DNA from: Selenomonadaceae bacterium
Lineage (GTDB): Bacteria > Vulcanimicrobiota > Xenobia > Xenobiales > JADMJV01
Reading direction: 5' to 3'
Assembly: GCA_037189585.1 (NCBI GenBank)
Contig: JBBCJA010000025.1
Location: forward strand, 22,080-86,079
Length of the DNA stretch: 64,000 nt
Part shown: piece after piece, positions 1 through 10,286 of the stretch
Numbering within the stretch: the first letter of the stretch is position 1
Layout: each line of letters starts with the position of its first letter
Notes under the pieces: generated by a model
Told to the model about the DNA's origin: nothing
Databases searched by the model: none
The model's input: the letters and a program-made list of their open reading frames with translations, nothing else
Program-made: the position numbers and the translations under genes

Positions 1-441
1 GGACTGGTCACCACCAAGGCCGAGTTCATGGAGCGAGAGCGAGCCTACTGGCGGACCGCGACCCCCATCGGATACATCTTCAATCTAGGAGTCGTCTTAG
101 GTTTCGTCGTGGGCGTGATCATCGTTTACCAGATCCTCCACAGCGACGTGAACGATCATCTGGCGGAGTACGCCACAATGAAAGCGATGGGCTACGGCAC
201 CGCTACCCTGGCCAGCATTCTGCTCTTGGAGTCGTTGCTCTTGGCCTGTCTCGGCTACCTGCCCGGGACGCTCATCGCCAACGCTTTCTACACGGCCGCT
301 CACGAGGCCACTCAACTTCCCATCTACATGACGGTCGAACGCGCTCAGGGCGTCTTTCTCGCTACCGTGGCGATGTGCGGATTCTCCGCTTTGATCGCAT
401 CACGACGCCTCAACGCGGCCGACCCGGCGGATATCTTCTGA
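1..441 (+). CDS. ABC transporter permease, C-terminal fragment (FtsX-like, DevC/MacB-type); the gene begins upstream of the window
   Basis: Frame is open from nt 1. The C-terminal TM helices and the ...LNAADPADIF tail are typical of DevC/FtsX permeases. It sits immediately upstream of an ABC ATPase gene. Confidence 0.7.
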   Translation, partial: GLVTTKAEFMERERAYWRTATPIGYIFNLGVVLGFVVGVIIVYQILHSDVNDHLAEYATMKAMGYGTATLASILLLESLLLACLGYLPGTLIANAFYTAAHEATQLPIYMTVERAQGVFLATVAMCGFSALIASRRLNAADPADIF

Positions 442-443
442 GC

Positions 444-1142
444 ATGCCCGCCATCGTCGCCAAAGATGTGAACTTCAGTTACGGTCAGGGGCGACTGAAG
501 AAACAGATCCTCTTCGACGTCAATCTGGAAGTGCCGGAAGGCGAAATCGTTTTGATGGTGGGACCTTCGGGCGGTGGAAAGACCACACTTTTGACCTTGA
601 TCGGTACGCTGCGAGCCATGCAGACCGGCTCTCTGGTGGTGCTGGACAAAGAGCTAAGAGGAGCCTCCGAGCGAGCCCGCCGCAAGCTGCGCAACAAGAT
701 CGGCTTCATCTTTCAGGCTCACAACCTGATGAGTTTTTTGACCGCCGAACAGAACGTCAGTCTTCCCTTGGAACTCATCGGTATGGGCGGACGGGAACGG
801 CGACAACGCATCACGGAGATTCTCGGCGCGGTGGGCCTGGCCCAGCACGGACACCACTACCCCGACCAGCTTTCCGGTGGGCAACGCCAACGCGTGGCCA
901 TCGCGCGCGCTCTGGTGGCAAGACCCCAATTGGTCCTGGCCGACGAACCGACGGCGGCCCTCGATAGCCATTCTGGACGCGAAGTGGTGGACCAGCTTCG
1001 GAAACTGGCTCGAGAGCAAGGGACGACCGTCCTGGTTGTGACCCACGACCCGCGCATCGAGGACATCGCCGATCGGATCGTCCATCTGGAGGACGGGCGA
1101 ATCCAGACCAGCGACGCCGTCTCCGAAGCGGCTCACCGCTAG
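444..1142 (+). CDS. ABC transporter ATP-binding protein (DevA/LolD-like)
   Basis: Walker A GPSGGGKTTL, ABC signature LSGGQRQRVAIARAL and Walker B LVLADEPTAALD. ATG lies 2 nt after the permease stop. Confidence 0.85.
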   Translation: MPAIVAKDVNFSYGQGRLKKQILFDVNLEVPEGEIVLMVGPSGGGKTTLLTLIGTLRAMQTGSLVVLDKELRGASERARRKLRNKIGFIFQAHNLMSFLTAEQNVSLPLELIGMGGRERRQRITEILGAVGLAQHGHHYPDQLSGGQRQRVAIARALVARPQLVLADEPTAALDSHSGREVVDQLRKLAREQGTTVLVVTHDPRIEDIADRIVHLEDGRIQTSDAVSEAAHR

Positions 1143-1181
1143 AAGACGGGTGAGTCGGAGAAAACAACGAACGAGGGCGGT

Positions 1182-1844
1182 ATGAAGACGATCGAGGAAT
1201 GCGAAGCGTTGCTGGAAAGCGTTGGTCTGGCCACGATATTACCGGCCAAGGATGCTCTCTTACCCTGTTTACTCTGGGAGGCTCGAGGAGACCGAGAGCG
1301 CCGCGAGGTCTGGGACGAGGCGATGGAGCGCGTGTGGACCTGGAAGGACGATCTGCCGGCTAGAAAGACCGCCTGGCTAGGCCAGCTGTTCGGGGACCGC
1401 GTGGTTTTACTGCATCGCCGTCTGCTACCGCCGTTCTTGGCCTGGCGAGATCAGCCCCGGGTGAAAAAGCTGTATGAGGATGGTCTGCTGACCCACGAGG
1501 CCTTCCGGGTAGTGACCGCCGTCGAGCAAGCCACTGAACCTTTAGGCCGCAAGTCTCTTCGTCGTGCGTCGGGGCTGTCTTCCCGGGAAGACGCGGGCCG
1601 CTTCGACCGGGCTTGTCGAGATTTGGAACGCCGTCTGCTGCTCACCCGCGCCGGTCGTTCCAGCACAGCCTCCGGATGGGACGCGAACTCCTACGCTCTG
1701 GTGGAAGCCTGGTTTCCCACAGAATGGGAAGCCGCGCGATCCTGGACAAATGAAGAAGCCAGGGCGGCGGTCAAAGAGGCGTTAGAGCAGGCCGCGCCCG
1801 GGGCGTCCGAGCGACAACTGGCTCGCTGGATGCGCAATCTCTAA
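1182..1844 (+). CDS. hypothetical protein with a weak resemblance to the winged-helix YcaQ/AlkZ family
   Basis: Long ORF with coding-like composition; the only family hint is an LLPPFLAWRD segment. Confidence 0.35.
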   Translation: MKTIEECEALLESVGLATILPAKDALLPCLLWEARGDRERREVWDEAMERVWTWKDDLPARKTAWLGQLFGDRVVLLHRRLLPPFLAWRDQPRVKKLYEDGLLTHEAFRVVTAVEQATEPLGRKSLRRASGLSSREDAGRFDRACRDLERRLLLTRAGRSSTASGWDANSYALVEAWFPTEWEAARSWTNEEARAAVKEALEQAAPGASERQLARWMRNL

Positions 1845-2065
1845 TCAGTGGAATTTCAAGGCCTCAAACTCCTACCCGGCGAGGAGAGAACGGACGAGTA
1901 AAGAAGCTTATCATCGTGAACTCTTCTGAAATCCGAAATCAAGCCTCCCGCATCCTTACTCCGTCCACCACTCCACGCAAGCCCATCGCATCGAGTGATC
2001 CGCCCGAACCTAGTGACGCCTTCGCACGTTCGGGTGACAGCGCGGACCTCGGTTTGATCCAGAAC

Positions 2066-2404
2066 ATGTATCCATTGATCGGCGGAAGGCTCAACGAGGT
2101 GGATTCCCAGGCGCTCCTGGAAAAAACCAAAGGTTGGAACCTCAGGTCGGTCGACGGATTTCCCCGACTAGAGCGAGAGTACAAATTTAAGAACTTCGTG
2201 ACAGCCATGAAGTTTAGCAACAGCGTGGCGGAATTCGCCGAGAAGCAAGGTCACCATCCGGCTCTTCTCACGGAGTGGGGCAAAGTCACCGTTGGCTGGT
2301 GGACTCACGATGTTGGCGGCATCCATGCCAACGACTTCCTCAGCGCCCAACGTACCGATGCCGTCTTCAATCATGGCCAGGTTCAAACTTCGAAGCCAAG
2401 TTAG
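2066..2404 (+). CDS. pterin-4a-carbinolamine dehydratase (PCD/DCoH)
   Basis: EREYKFKNFxxAMKFxNxVAEFAEKQGHHPAL...VGWWTHDVGGIHANDF matches the PCD signature. The listed ORF starts at GTG 1916; the internal ATG at 2066 gives the usual ~110-aa size. Confidence 0.7.
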   Translation: MYPLIGGRLNEVDSQALLEKTKGWNLRSVDGFPRLEREYKFKNFVTAMKFSNSVAEFAEKQGHHPALLTEWGKVTVGWWTHDVGGIHANDFLSAQRTDAVFNHGQVQTSKPS

Positions 2405-2883
2405 GTCTCGTCCGGCAGAATGAAGCCTTGCAGCTCGGAAAAGAGTCCGGGAAGCAGAGTCTGGAATCCACCGACTAAGGGAAAGACCGCCCGTGCTTTC
2501 AACGCCGCGAGCAGGTTTCCGTTGTTATCACGAGCCGCGACGATCACATCGTAGGGGGCCACGGGAATCCCATTGACCGTCTCACTGTAGGACGAGCCTG
2601 TGGTGTAAGCTGAGCTCGCGTGAGTGACCAGAACGCCGTCCGCGTTGTAAACGAACAGCGTGAATCTTTTGAGCTCTGGATCGATCTTCAAGGCTGGTAA
2701 AGCCAGAGGGTCAGGAAACAGTTCGGCCAGGTCCTGGGCCCGGAATTGAACCGCGTAACCGCCCTGACCGCTAGGACTGAGGTTTCCCTGAGCGGTATCA
2801 CCCCTAGAGCTTCCGCACCCCGCGACCCACATGACGATCCAGAGAATGAAGAATCTCTCAAGGGACGAACTCGACTTTGCCAT
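2401..2883 (-). CDS. lipoprotein of unknown function
   Basis: Internal Met followed by a hydrophobic core and an LVAGC-type lipobox (MAKSSSS...WVAGCGSS). Confidence 0.45.
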   Translation of the reverse strand: MAKSSSSLERFFILWIVMWVAGCGSSRGDTAQGNLSPSGQGGYAVQFRAQDLAELFPDPLALPALKIDPELKRFTLFVYNADGVLVTHASSAYTTGSSYSETVNGIPVAPYDVIVAARDNNGNLLAALKARAVFPLVGGFQTLLPGLFSELQGFILPDET

Positions 2884-3412
2884 GACAGATAGCCTTTCTA
2901 CCACTCTGGTCGGGACTATAATTCCGATCGACGCCGATCCGCAACCCAACGACGAGGCCTTTGAAGCCAAATTGAAAGTCGAGCTCACCCGTCGTGGGGT
3001 CCAAGCCGATCATCTGGTGTTCCAACAGAGTTGCCATTCGGTGGCCGAGGCGGCCCAGGCCGCCGGTGTGACACCGGGCGACTTCATCAAGTCGATAGGG
3101 TGCCTCACCGAGGACGGACGCTTTTTTCTAGCCATCGTTCGTGGAGTGGATAAAGTCAGCTCGACTCGCGTTGGGAAAGCCGTCGGTTCTCCCGTCCGTA
3201 TCGCCACACCCGACGAAGTGTTGGCCTTCACGGGTTATCCCTGTGGCGGTACCCCACCGGTCGGTGTCGACATCCCCTGCCTGGTCGATCCCAAAGTGTT
3301 GGAACTCGATGAGCTCTACGGAGGCGGTGGCAGTCAAAGGACGCTTCTACACATGACCTCTCAGGAAATGGTCAGAACCAACAACGGCCTGGTGGTCCGT
3401 ATTCGCCGATAA
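2882..3412 (+). CDS. YbaK/ProX-type aminoacyl-tRNA deacylase domain protein
   Basis: GYPCGGTPPVG and YGGGGS motifs of the YbaK/prolyl-tRNA-synthetase-associated editing domain. Confidence 0.65.
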   Translation: MTDSLSTTLVGTIIPIDADPQPNDEAFEAKLKVELTRRGVQADHLVFQQSCHSVAEAAQAAGVTPGDFIKSIGCLTEDGRFFLAIVRGVDKVSSTRVGKAVGSPVRIATPDEVLAFTGYPCGGTPPVGVDIPCLVDPKVLELDELYGGGGSQRTLLHMTSQEMVRTNNGLVVRIRR

Positions 3413-3414
3413 CA

Positions 3415-4431
3415 TCAATAGCTGGTGTCGTCGAGTTTGACTTTACCGCGAAAGACCCAATAGACCACCGCCGAGTAAGAGAGCACGAAGGGGAGTCCCA
3501 AGAAGGCGATGACACGCATCAGTTTGAGCGTTTCTTGGGAGGAAGCCGCGTTATAGATGGTCAGGTTATAGGCCGGGTTCAGACTGGAGACCATCATGTT
3601 GGGGTAGAGCGCGGCTCCGAAAAGCGCTGTCAAGGACAAGATCGCCGCGCCGCTCGACAAAAATGCCTCGCCGGGACGCTCGATGTAAAGGGCCCTGGGG
3701 ATATTAGCGAGTGCCAAAATACTAACCAGCACGGCTAGCCAGGCCGGCCCCGGATGGCGAAAAGGCTCCACCGCGTGGGGGATACTGACCAAAGTGATGA
3801 TGGTGGCCATCAAGTAGAGCACCAGAAAGCTCCCGAACGATTTCCACATCAAGGGGCGGAGTCGCTTCTGCAGCTCCCCCTCGGTCTTCAAGGTGAGATA
3901 CACGCTGCCGTGCAGGGCGAACAGCGCGACCACCAAAGCGCCTACCAGTAGAGGGTAGAAGCCCAGCAGGTGTCCTAGATGACCCTGGTACTCATGATCG
4001 GCTCCGATGGGGAGACCCACCATGGAGTTGCCCACCGCGACTCCAAAAAGAAACGAGGCCATGGTGCAGCTGGCGAAGAAAGAGAAATCCCAAAACTTTC
4101 GCCATGGGACACTTTTGACCTTACTGCGAAACTCCATCGAAACCGCGCGAAAGATCAAGCAGATCAAAAGCAGCATGAAGGGCAGGTAGAAAGCCGAGAA
4201 CGAGGTGGCGTACACCTCGGGAAAGGCAGCGAAGAGCGCACCTCCGAAGGTGACCAGCCAGACCTCGTTCCCGTCCCAGATCGGCCCGATGGAGTTCATG
4301 AAGATGCGGCGCTCCTTGTCCGTCTTCGCCGTGTAAAAGACGATACCGACTCCCAGGTCGAATCCGTCGAGGAAAGCGTATCCGGCCAACAGGATGCCGA
4401 TCAAGATAAACCAGAAGACTTCAAGTTCCAT
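3415..4431 (-). CDS. cydB: cytochrome bd ubiquinol oxidase subunit II
   Basis: N-terminal MELEVFWFILIGILLAGYAFLDGFDLGVG is the CydB hallmark. The protein is polytopic and lies directly downstream of cydA. Confidence 0.85.
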   Translation of the reverse strand: MELEVFWFILIGILLAGYAFLDGFDLGVGIVFYTAKTDKERRIFMNSIGPIWDGNEVWLVTFGGALFAAFPEVYATSFSAFYLPFMLLLICLIFRAVSMEFRSKVKSVPWRKFWDFSFFASCTMASFLFGVAVGNSMVGLPIGADHEYQGHLGHLLGFYPLLVGALVVALFALHGSVYLTLKTEGELQKRLRPLMWKSFGSFLVLYLMATIITLVSIPHAVEPFRHPGPAWLAVLVSILALANIPRALYIERPGEAFLSSGAAILSLTALFGAALYPNMMVSSLNPAYNLTIYNAASSQETLKLMRVIAFLGLPFVLSYSAVVYWVFRGKVKLDDTSY

Positions 4432-4434
4432 CGA

Positions 4435-5859
4435 TTAGGAGTCCTCCATCAGGTCGTGGCTCGGGTCCACCTCTTGCCCGGCGGCGTCGGCCAGTCCCTC
4501 CAGCTCGCTTTGGCCTTCAGGACGTGGAGGTGGAAGCTGGGGTCCGTGCTGGATCTTCTCGTTCATCACGAAAACCCAAACCCCGAACAAGAGCAAGTAG
4601 ACGATCCCGAACATGATGATCGAGATCAAGACTTCGTGGGCTTGGACAGAGCGAGAGAGTCCCTCACTTGTTCTCAGGAGCTTGTAGACGATCCAAGGCT
4701 GCCTACCGGCCTCTGCCACGACCCAGCCGGCTTGATTCGCCACATAGGCGGGGACGACTGAGAGAACGCACAGCTTGAGAAGCCAGGGATGTCGCTCCGG
4801 ATCGGAGCGCCAGAGAGCTAACCCCGCCATCGCCGAGACCGCGATGAAGAAGAGGCCGCAACCCACCATCACACGATAGGCCCAAAACGTTATCAGCACA
4901 TTCGGGCGTTCATCTTTGGGGGTTTGGTCTAAGCCGGGGACGGGTTTGTTGGGGTCTAGGTAGAGTAAAAGACTCAGTAGCTTCGGAATTTCAATACCGT
5001 AGTGGACCTTCTCGGCGTTTTGATCCGGCCAGCCGACCAGGTACATGCCGGTCCCACCTGTACCCGTCTGGAAGTGTCCTTCCATCGCCGCCATCTTGGT
5101 CGGCTGTTCGCGAGCCACCATCTTGGCGTTGGAGTCACCCGAGAGCCCCATCGCCACCGATGACCCCAGCGCCAGGACAAGAGCGACCTTGAACATCACA
5201 CGCGCCTCGGGCAGATAGCGCTTCTTCAGCAGGTACCATGAGGCGATGGAGAGGGCGAAGAAGCCACCCAGAATGAAGCAGCCGAGCCAGACATGCACCA
5301 AACGGTCGGGAGCCGAGGGGTTAAAAACCATAGCCCAAAAGTCGACGATCTCGGCCCTAGTTTTTCCGTTGTGCTCGACCAGGTGAAAGCCGGCGGGCGT
5401 CTGCATCCAGCTGTTGGCGATCACGATCCAGACAGAAGAGAAGAAGCCTCCCAGGCAGACCATGCAGGTGGCGAAGTAATGAAATTTTGGGGAAACTTTA
5501 TTCCAGCCGAAAACCACCACTCCCAGGAATCCCGACTCTAAGAAGAAGGCAAAAATCCCCTCCGCCGCCAGCGCCGACCCGAAGACGTCCCCCACGAAGC
5601 GTGAATAGGTGGCCCAGTTAGTCCCGAACTGAAACTCCATCACGATCCCGGTCGCGACCCCCATGGCGAAGTTGACCGCGAAAAGCCGGGTCCAGTAATA
5701 CGCCACCTTCTCATAAACCGGGTTTCCGGTCTTGAGCCACATGCCTTCCATCATCACCATCAAGACCCCGAGACCAATGGTCAGCGGAGGAAAGAGATAG
5801 TGGAACATGATGGTCAGTGCGAACTGAAGTCGAGAAAGGATCAAAAGTTCGGTATCCAT
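4435..5859 (-). CDS. cydA: cytochrome bd ubiquinol oxidase subunit I
   Basis: [31 protein letters not shown] and the Q-loop region; 474 aa; 3-nt gap to cydB. Confidence 0.85.
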   Translation of the reverse strand: MDTELLILSRLQFALTIMFHYLFPPLTIGLGVLMVMMEGMWLKTGNPVYEKVAYYWTRLFAVNFAMGVATGIVMEFQFGTNWATYSRFVGDVFGSALAAEGIFAFFLESGFLGVVVFGWNKVSPKFHYFATCMVCLGGFFSSVWIVIANSWMQTPAGFHLVEHNGKTRAEIVDFWAMVFNPSAPDRLVHVWLGCFILGGFFALSIASWYLLKKRYLPEARVMFKVALVLALGSSVAMGLSGDSNAKMVAREQPTKMAAMEGHFQTGTGGTGMYLVGWPDQNAEKVHYGIEIPKLLSLLLYLDPNKPVPGLDQTPKDERPNVLITFWAYRVMVGCGLFFIAVSAMAGLALWRSDPERHPWLLKLCVLSVVPAYVANQAGWVVAEAGRQPWIVYKLLRTSEGLSRSVQAHEVLISIIMFGIVYLLLFGVWVFVMNEKIQHGPQLPPPRPEGQSELEGLADAAGQEVDPSHDLMEDS

Positions 5860-5975
5860 GTGGAACCCTTAGGAAGGTCGGAGAAAGAACCTTCAGGGAA
5901 TTCCCCGAGAAGGTTCACCAACTCACAGGCACCGGAGCATTGGTGTGGAATGCGGGCTCCCGAGGTGGACAAACG

Positions 5976-6440
5976 ATGAAGTGTGAATGTGGTCAGGAAC
6001 AACCCTTCGAGGAGTGCTGCGGACGTTTCTTAGGCGGCGGCGCCAAACCGGAAACGGCCGAAGAGCTGATGCGCTCACGCTTCGTCGCTTTCGGGATGGG
6101 AGACTTCGACTACATCGAGCGGACCCAGGTTGACCCACTTCCTCCAGAGGTACGAGAGCGCAAGCTCCCCGAATGGGAAACCTTGAAGGTTATTGGAACC
6201 AGCAAGGGTGGCCCTGAGGACCAGACCGGCATGGTCGAGTTTGTCGCGCACTACCACCATCATGGCTGCCGTAACCACCATGAGAAAGCCCGCTTTAGCC
6301 GTGTGGAAGGCGAATGGAAGTACGTCAGCGGTGAAATGCTCGAGGGCGCGACGATCAAGCGGAGTCACGCCAAGGTCGGCCGCAACGACCCATGCTCCTG
6401 TGGAAGCGGCAAGAAATACAAGCGCTGCTGCGGCGTTTAA
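5976..6440 (+). CDS. YchJ-family SEC-C motif protein
   Basis: N-terminal CECGxxxxFEECCG and C-terminal [21 protein letters not shown] motifs. The internal ATG at 5976 was chosen. Confidence 0.65.
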   Translation: MKCECGQEQPFEECCGRFLGGGAKPETAEELMRSRFVAFGMGDFDYIERTQVDPLPPEVRERKLPEWETLKVIGTSKGGPEDQTGMVEFVAHYHHHGCRNHHEKARFSRVEGEWKYVSGEMLEGATIKRSHAKVGRNDPCSCGSGKKYKRCCGV

Positions 6441-6496
6441 CCCAAACCGGTTGGATGCGTGCGGGGCTTCACCACACGCATCCACCACATCAATGC

Positions 6497-7504
6497 TCAG
6501 TCAGTGGGGTCGAGGTCCAAAGCCTCAAACAAAGCCTTCTCAAAGCGCGGAAAATCCTCGATGTGAGGTAGGTGGCCGAGAGCTTCCAGTGGGATCAAGC
6601 GCCCCTTACGTAGTCGCTGCACGACTTCCGAGCCGAGCAGGTCGTAGCGTCCCAATTTGTCCGCCACCTCTTTCTTAGCTAGGTCCTTGTCCAGAGCGGT
6701 TCGATCCCGCTCACCCAGGATCAAAGTTGTCGGCACTTCCAGAATGTGGAACTTGCGGGCCACCGGCTGACTCATAATCATCGCCGTGGTCAAGGCCTGG
6801 ACCTTGGCCACCCGAGGGTAGTCCGGGGACCCGATCGGGGCGGACAGAAGCTCGGCCCATCGGGCGTACTCGGGAGTCCACTTTCCGTCGTAGTAAGAAT
6901 CCTTCTGGTAGGCCTCGATGGTCTCGGGAGTCGTTTTTAATTCCTTTTCGTACCAAGCGTTGAGTCCACGGTAGGGAACTCCCTTTTCTGTCCAGTCCTC
7001 CAACCCGATCGGATTTACAAGGATCAGGCTGTCGATGTCCTCCGGGTAAAGCAATCCCCAATGCACCGCCAGCATTCCACCCATCGAGTGTCCGATGACC
7101 GTGACTTTCTGGGCCCCAACCGCGCGTATAACCTCGCGCGTGTTGGACACCAGTTGGCCGAAGGTATAACTATAGTCGGTTGGCTTGGACGATTTACCGA
7201 ACCCGATCTGGTCCGGGATGATCACTCGAAATCCCCGCCCGGCAAGCGACTTCGCGGTCGTCTCCCAATAGGCTCCGTTAAAATTCTTGCCATGCAACAA
7301 AACGACGGACTTCCCGTTCGGCGCCCCTTGAGGCTCCACCAACATCAGCGCCATTTTGAATGGACTCTCAAATCCACCGAGCTGTTGAAAGCTTACGGGG
7401 AAAGGGTAGTCATACCCCTCCAGATTGATCCCCTCCGGTTTGGCCCAGGATGGGAAACATAGTGAGAGACTCAGCAGACACGCGCAAAGAAATCTTGAAA
7501 CCAT
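6497..7504 (-). CDS. secreted alpha/beta-hydrolase (esterase/lipase-like)
   Basis: N-terminal signal peptide and a GHSMGG nucleophile elbow; 335 aa. Confidence 0.75.
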   Translation of the reverse strand: MVSRFLCACLLSLSLCFPSWAKPEGINLEGYDYPFPVSFQQLGGFESPFKMALMLVEPQGAPNGKSVVLLHGKNFNGAYWETTAKSLAGRGFRVIIPDQIGFGKSSKPTDYSYTFGQLVSNTREVIRAVGAQKVTVIGHSMGGMLAVHWGLLYPEDIDSLILVNPIGLEDWTEKGVPYRGLNAWYEKELKTTPETIEAYQKDSYYDGKWTPEYARWAELLSAPIGSPDYPRVAKVQALTTAMIMSQPVARKFHILEVPTTLILGERDRTALDKDLAKKEVADKLGRYDLLGSEVVQRLRKGRLIPLEALGHLPHIEDFPRFEKALFEALDLDPTD

Positions 7505-7542
7505 GTTCGGTGGCTTGGCTCACAACATCGCAAAAATCCTTT

Positions 7543-7797
7543 CTATACCCATATCCATAATATTTTGCATAAAGATTGGTGGGGAGGCGCCGAAAGCGCA
7601 AGGACCATCCGATGGCGCACCTCGGTCCCGCTTGCAAGTCGAGACGTTACGCAGTCGGGATATCGAGAATATGTAACTGAGGCGCGGCGCGGCGCGGCGA
7701 CTTCGGATGGTGTCCGGGCTTCGTAACGCCTGGCTTGAGGAACGCCTTCGGCTTTCGCCGCCAAGATTATGCAAAATACTATGGATGTGGGTATAGA
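7543..7797. repeat. ~255-bp element bounded by ~55-bp imperfect inverted repeats (MITE-like/palindromic intergenic element)
   Basis: 7543–7572 ctatacccatatccataatattttgcataa versus the reverse complement of 7768–7797 ctatacccacatccatagtattttgcataa (28/30). The arms extend ~25 bp inward with partial matches. The centre holds a (GCGCGG)3 run at 7683–7700. Confidence 0.6.
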
Positions 7798-7921
7798 GGC
7801 TGACTTCGTGGACGTGTGTCCACCGAAGCGTGGTGATATATCCAGCTTTCAGTGGGTACACCCTTCCCCAGAGTCGCGTATCCACACTTTAGAATCAGCG
7901 ACACATGCCGATGAAGCGTCC

Positions 7922-8680
7922 ATGGCAGTGCAGGCGGGTGCGAGTGCTTGGCGAAATCTTCGACAGATGAATCCTGAACTTCTTTCGGCATCTCAATTGC
8001 CGCGGGAGGCTCGTGGTACGTGGGGATGGGACAGCTGTTTTAATCCCCAGGATCTTGAGTACAGCGCGAACGGCCTCGCAGTTGTCTGGCGTCAGCGTCA
8101 CCAGGAGCCTGGAGATGTCGGTCCACGTCTATGGGTCCCCGTGCAAAGCCGCGCGCGGCTCCACAGTGGAAATTTCCGCTGGAAATTTCGGGTCAAGAAC
8201 ATGGCCGGCGCCCAACTCGGCGCGGGATTCATGCTGGACTGGACGGTGGGACCCGACTGGGGTTTCTTCGGTTATCTCGGCTCGAGTTCGAGCGCCTGGG
8301 CCTATGACCCGTCGTCTGGAGATGTGGTCCTGGCCACTCGCTCCATCGAGGGCGGGCTTCCTACTTTTCCCTCTGGTGAAGGTGTGATCACGGTGGAAGC
8401 TCACCTTCCACGACAAGCCGACGGACTTGCCAGATTTCTGGTTGACGGGGTCGCTTCAGGCGCGGTCTGGCTTCCCCCCGGCGCGGTCCTGGTGCCTGCG
8501 GCATGCCTTCTGGAAGTTGGGCAGCAAGTTACGCTAGGGCCGCTAGAGAGACCAGCTTTGGATATTTCCACCTGGCTTGCCAAAGGCGAGGATTCAGGCG
8601 AACCCCAAACGGTACCCAGACCTATGAAACGAGGGTTCTTAGCCCGCCTCAAAGGCAAGCTCCTGGGCCTGGGCTCTTAG
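7922..8680 (+). CDS. SPRY (B30.2-like) domain protein
   Basis: RWKFRV...GAGFMLD...WGFFGYLGSSSSAWAYDPSSGDV...GEGVITV...LARFLVDGVASGAVW...LVPAACLLEVGQQVTLG follows the SPRY β-sandwich motif order. The start is uncertain: the ORF is open from 7769, which lies inside the inverted-repeat arm. Confidence 0.5.
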   Translation: MAVQAGASAWRNLRQMNPELLSASQLPREARGTWGWDSCFNPQDLEYSANGLAVVWRQRHQEPGDVGPRLWVPVQSRARLHSGNFRWKFRVKNMAGAQLGAGFMLDWTVGPDWGFFGYLGSSSSAWAYDPSSGDVVLATRSIEGGLPTFPSGEGVITVEAHLPRQADGLARFLVDGVASGAVWLPPGAVLVPAACLLEVGQQVTLGPLERPALDISTWLAKGEDSGEPQTVPRPMKRGFLARLKGKLLGLGS

Positions 8681-9095
8681 TGGAACTCGGCACAATTCCA
8701 TCATAGAATAGACATAAACTATATTCTCGACTTCGAGCAGGGCCATTTGACCCTAACCCAAATCCAAGCCAGGGGCCCACTGGGTCGCAGCCGAAGGGCC
8801 ACTCATGAGAATCGCGAGTGGCATGGTCTACAGAGCGTCATTGTCCCACCACGCTCACACCTTACGCCTATCATCCGCAACAGCAGAGTGGACGTTTCGT
8901 TGTCGGTTGCACGGGTAGCCACCAGAGCACTCCCGCGGGATATCCACGCATCGACGAGATGTGCGTTATCAAGCTGTATCCCTGAGGGATGATCATCGCA
9001 CTCACTGGCCTGATTGCCCCAGGCCACTGGGGCGAGAGCATCGGAGACAGCGAAGGGGCCGATGGGTTGGCCACACCATGAGCCCGCCCCTTACT

Positions 9096-10286
9096 CTACA
9101 GTTTTCCTAGACTTTTCACCAGGCGCGGTTTGACCGCTTCGTGGAAATCCAAGAGCGTCCGCGTGGCCGAGGGCCAGAGTTTGCTGTCCCAGCCTCGACG
9201 TAAGGGAAAGTATTTCAGCCCGACATCCTTGGCGGTCAGTCGAGAGACCATCTCTTGCCATGGTCCGAGCGCCGGTTGTTGGTAGACCAGGTGAGGAATA
9301 CCGCCGGCGCCGAGTCGCTGCCCCACAGTTTCCCCCACGTTCTCGCTAACAGGTAAAAATTCTACAGGACAGCCGTAGTGCTGGCTCAAGCGTTGAGTGG
9401 TGTCGGCCAGAGCCGCTTCCACAAAAGCCTGGACCTTGGGGCTAAAGACCACATTCTTATCGAGATTCTCAAATCCGGTCATCAAAACGACCCGGGGCTT
9501 TAGAGTTCCGGCGGCTGAGGCTTCAGGACTGAGGTCGTCGGGGGTCACCAACAAAGCATAGCTCTCACCCAAAGCTCCGCTCGGTTCGCTCGGAAGCTCT
9601 TGGAAGCGCGGTCCCGGGATGGCGGGACCGGTGAGAGCTACAGGCGACTCGTTAAGATGGCCGGTCAGGTCATAGCGGCCTTCGCTCCACTTCGAGATTT
9701 CGGCGGCCTTGGCTACGTAGGGTTTCGGAGTCAGATGAAGTCCCGCTACCCAGCGCCAAAGCAAAACCTGGGAGGCGGGGTCGGCGTCGATCAGGTGCGA
9801 GGCGAAGTGAGCCGCACCCAGCGTCCAGGGCAACCGAAGAGTGAAGATCCAGATGGAGGCATACCACAGCCGAGCTTGCTGAGGCAGCCATCCTGTCTGA
9901 AGCATCTCTTGATTCCATTCGTCGAAGGCCAGAAGACCCGTTCTTCCCTCCAACGCTGTCGCCAGTGACTGCGTTCCGTTAAAACGGCGCCGGTCATCGT
10001 CGCAGGTCCGAAGATAAGCCAGATAGACCTGAGGTCGGCCTTCGGACCAGCCGCGCCAATAGCTGCGTGCGCACAGGTCCTTGAGGTTGTTCTCGATGAC
10101 GGCTGGCCTGTGGCGTGAGAAAAGTGAAGTGGCCGCCTCGGCTTCGTGGATCAGACGATATCGAAAGGCGGCCGACAGCCCGCTCGACTCCAAGGACAAC
10201 CCCTTCCCTGGCTTAACCAAAGCATCAACGATACCGGTCCAATACTCCAGGGCCGCGACTCGTGAATGGAGCAAAGAGCTAGTCAT
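9096..10286 (-). CDS. photolyase/cryptochrome FAD-binding-domain-like protein lacking the N-terminal α/β domain
   Basis: GRTGLLAFDEWNQEMLQTGWLPQQARLWYASIWIFTLRLPWTLGAAHFASHLIDADPASQVLLWRWVAGLHLTPKPYV aligns with the photolyase GWMHNRxRMxxASF...WxxGxxxFxxxLIDxDxAxNxxxWQWxAgtG...PYF block. The C-terminal ~180 aa are unrelated to known domains. Confidence 0.5.
   Translation of the reverse strand: MTSSLLHSRVAALEYWTGIVDALVKPGKGLSLESSGLSAAFRYRLIHEAEAATSLFSRHRPAVIENNLKDLCARSYWRGWSEGRPQVYLAYLRTCDDDRRRFNGTQSLATALEGRTGLLAFDEWNQEMLQTGWLPQQARLWYASIWIFTLRLPWTLGAAHFASHLIDADPASQVLLWRWVAGLHLTPKPYVAKAAEISKWSEGRYDLTGHLNESPVALTGPAIPGPRFQELPSEPSGALGESYALLVTPDDLSPEASAAGTLKPRVVLMTGFENLDKNVVFSPKVQAFVEAALADTTQRLSQHYGCPVEFLPVSENVGETVGQRLGAGGIPHLVYQQPALGPWQEMVSRLTAKDVGLKYFPLRRGWDSKLWPSATRTLLDFHEAVKPRLVKSLGKL

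Noticed and set aside
7769-7921. Annotated start of the SPRY ORF (MQNTMDVGIE...)
   Set aside because: This segment is the right arm of the inverted repeat, and the mirror-image ORF appears on the opposite strand (MQNIMDMGIE...). The start was moved to ATG 7922.
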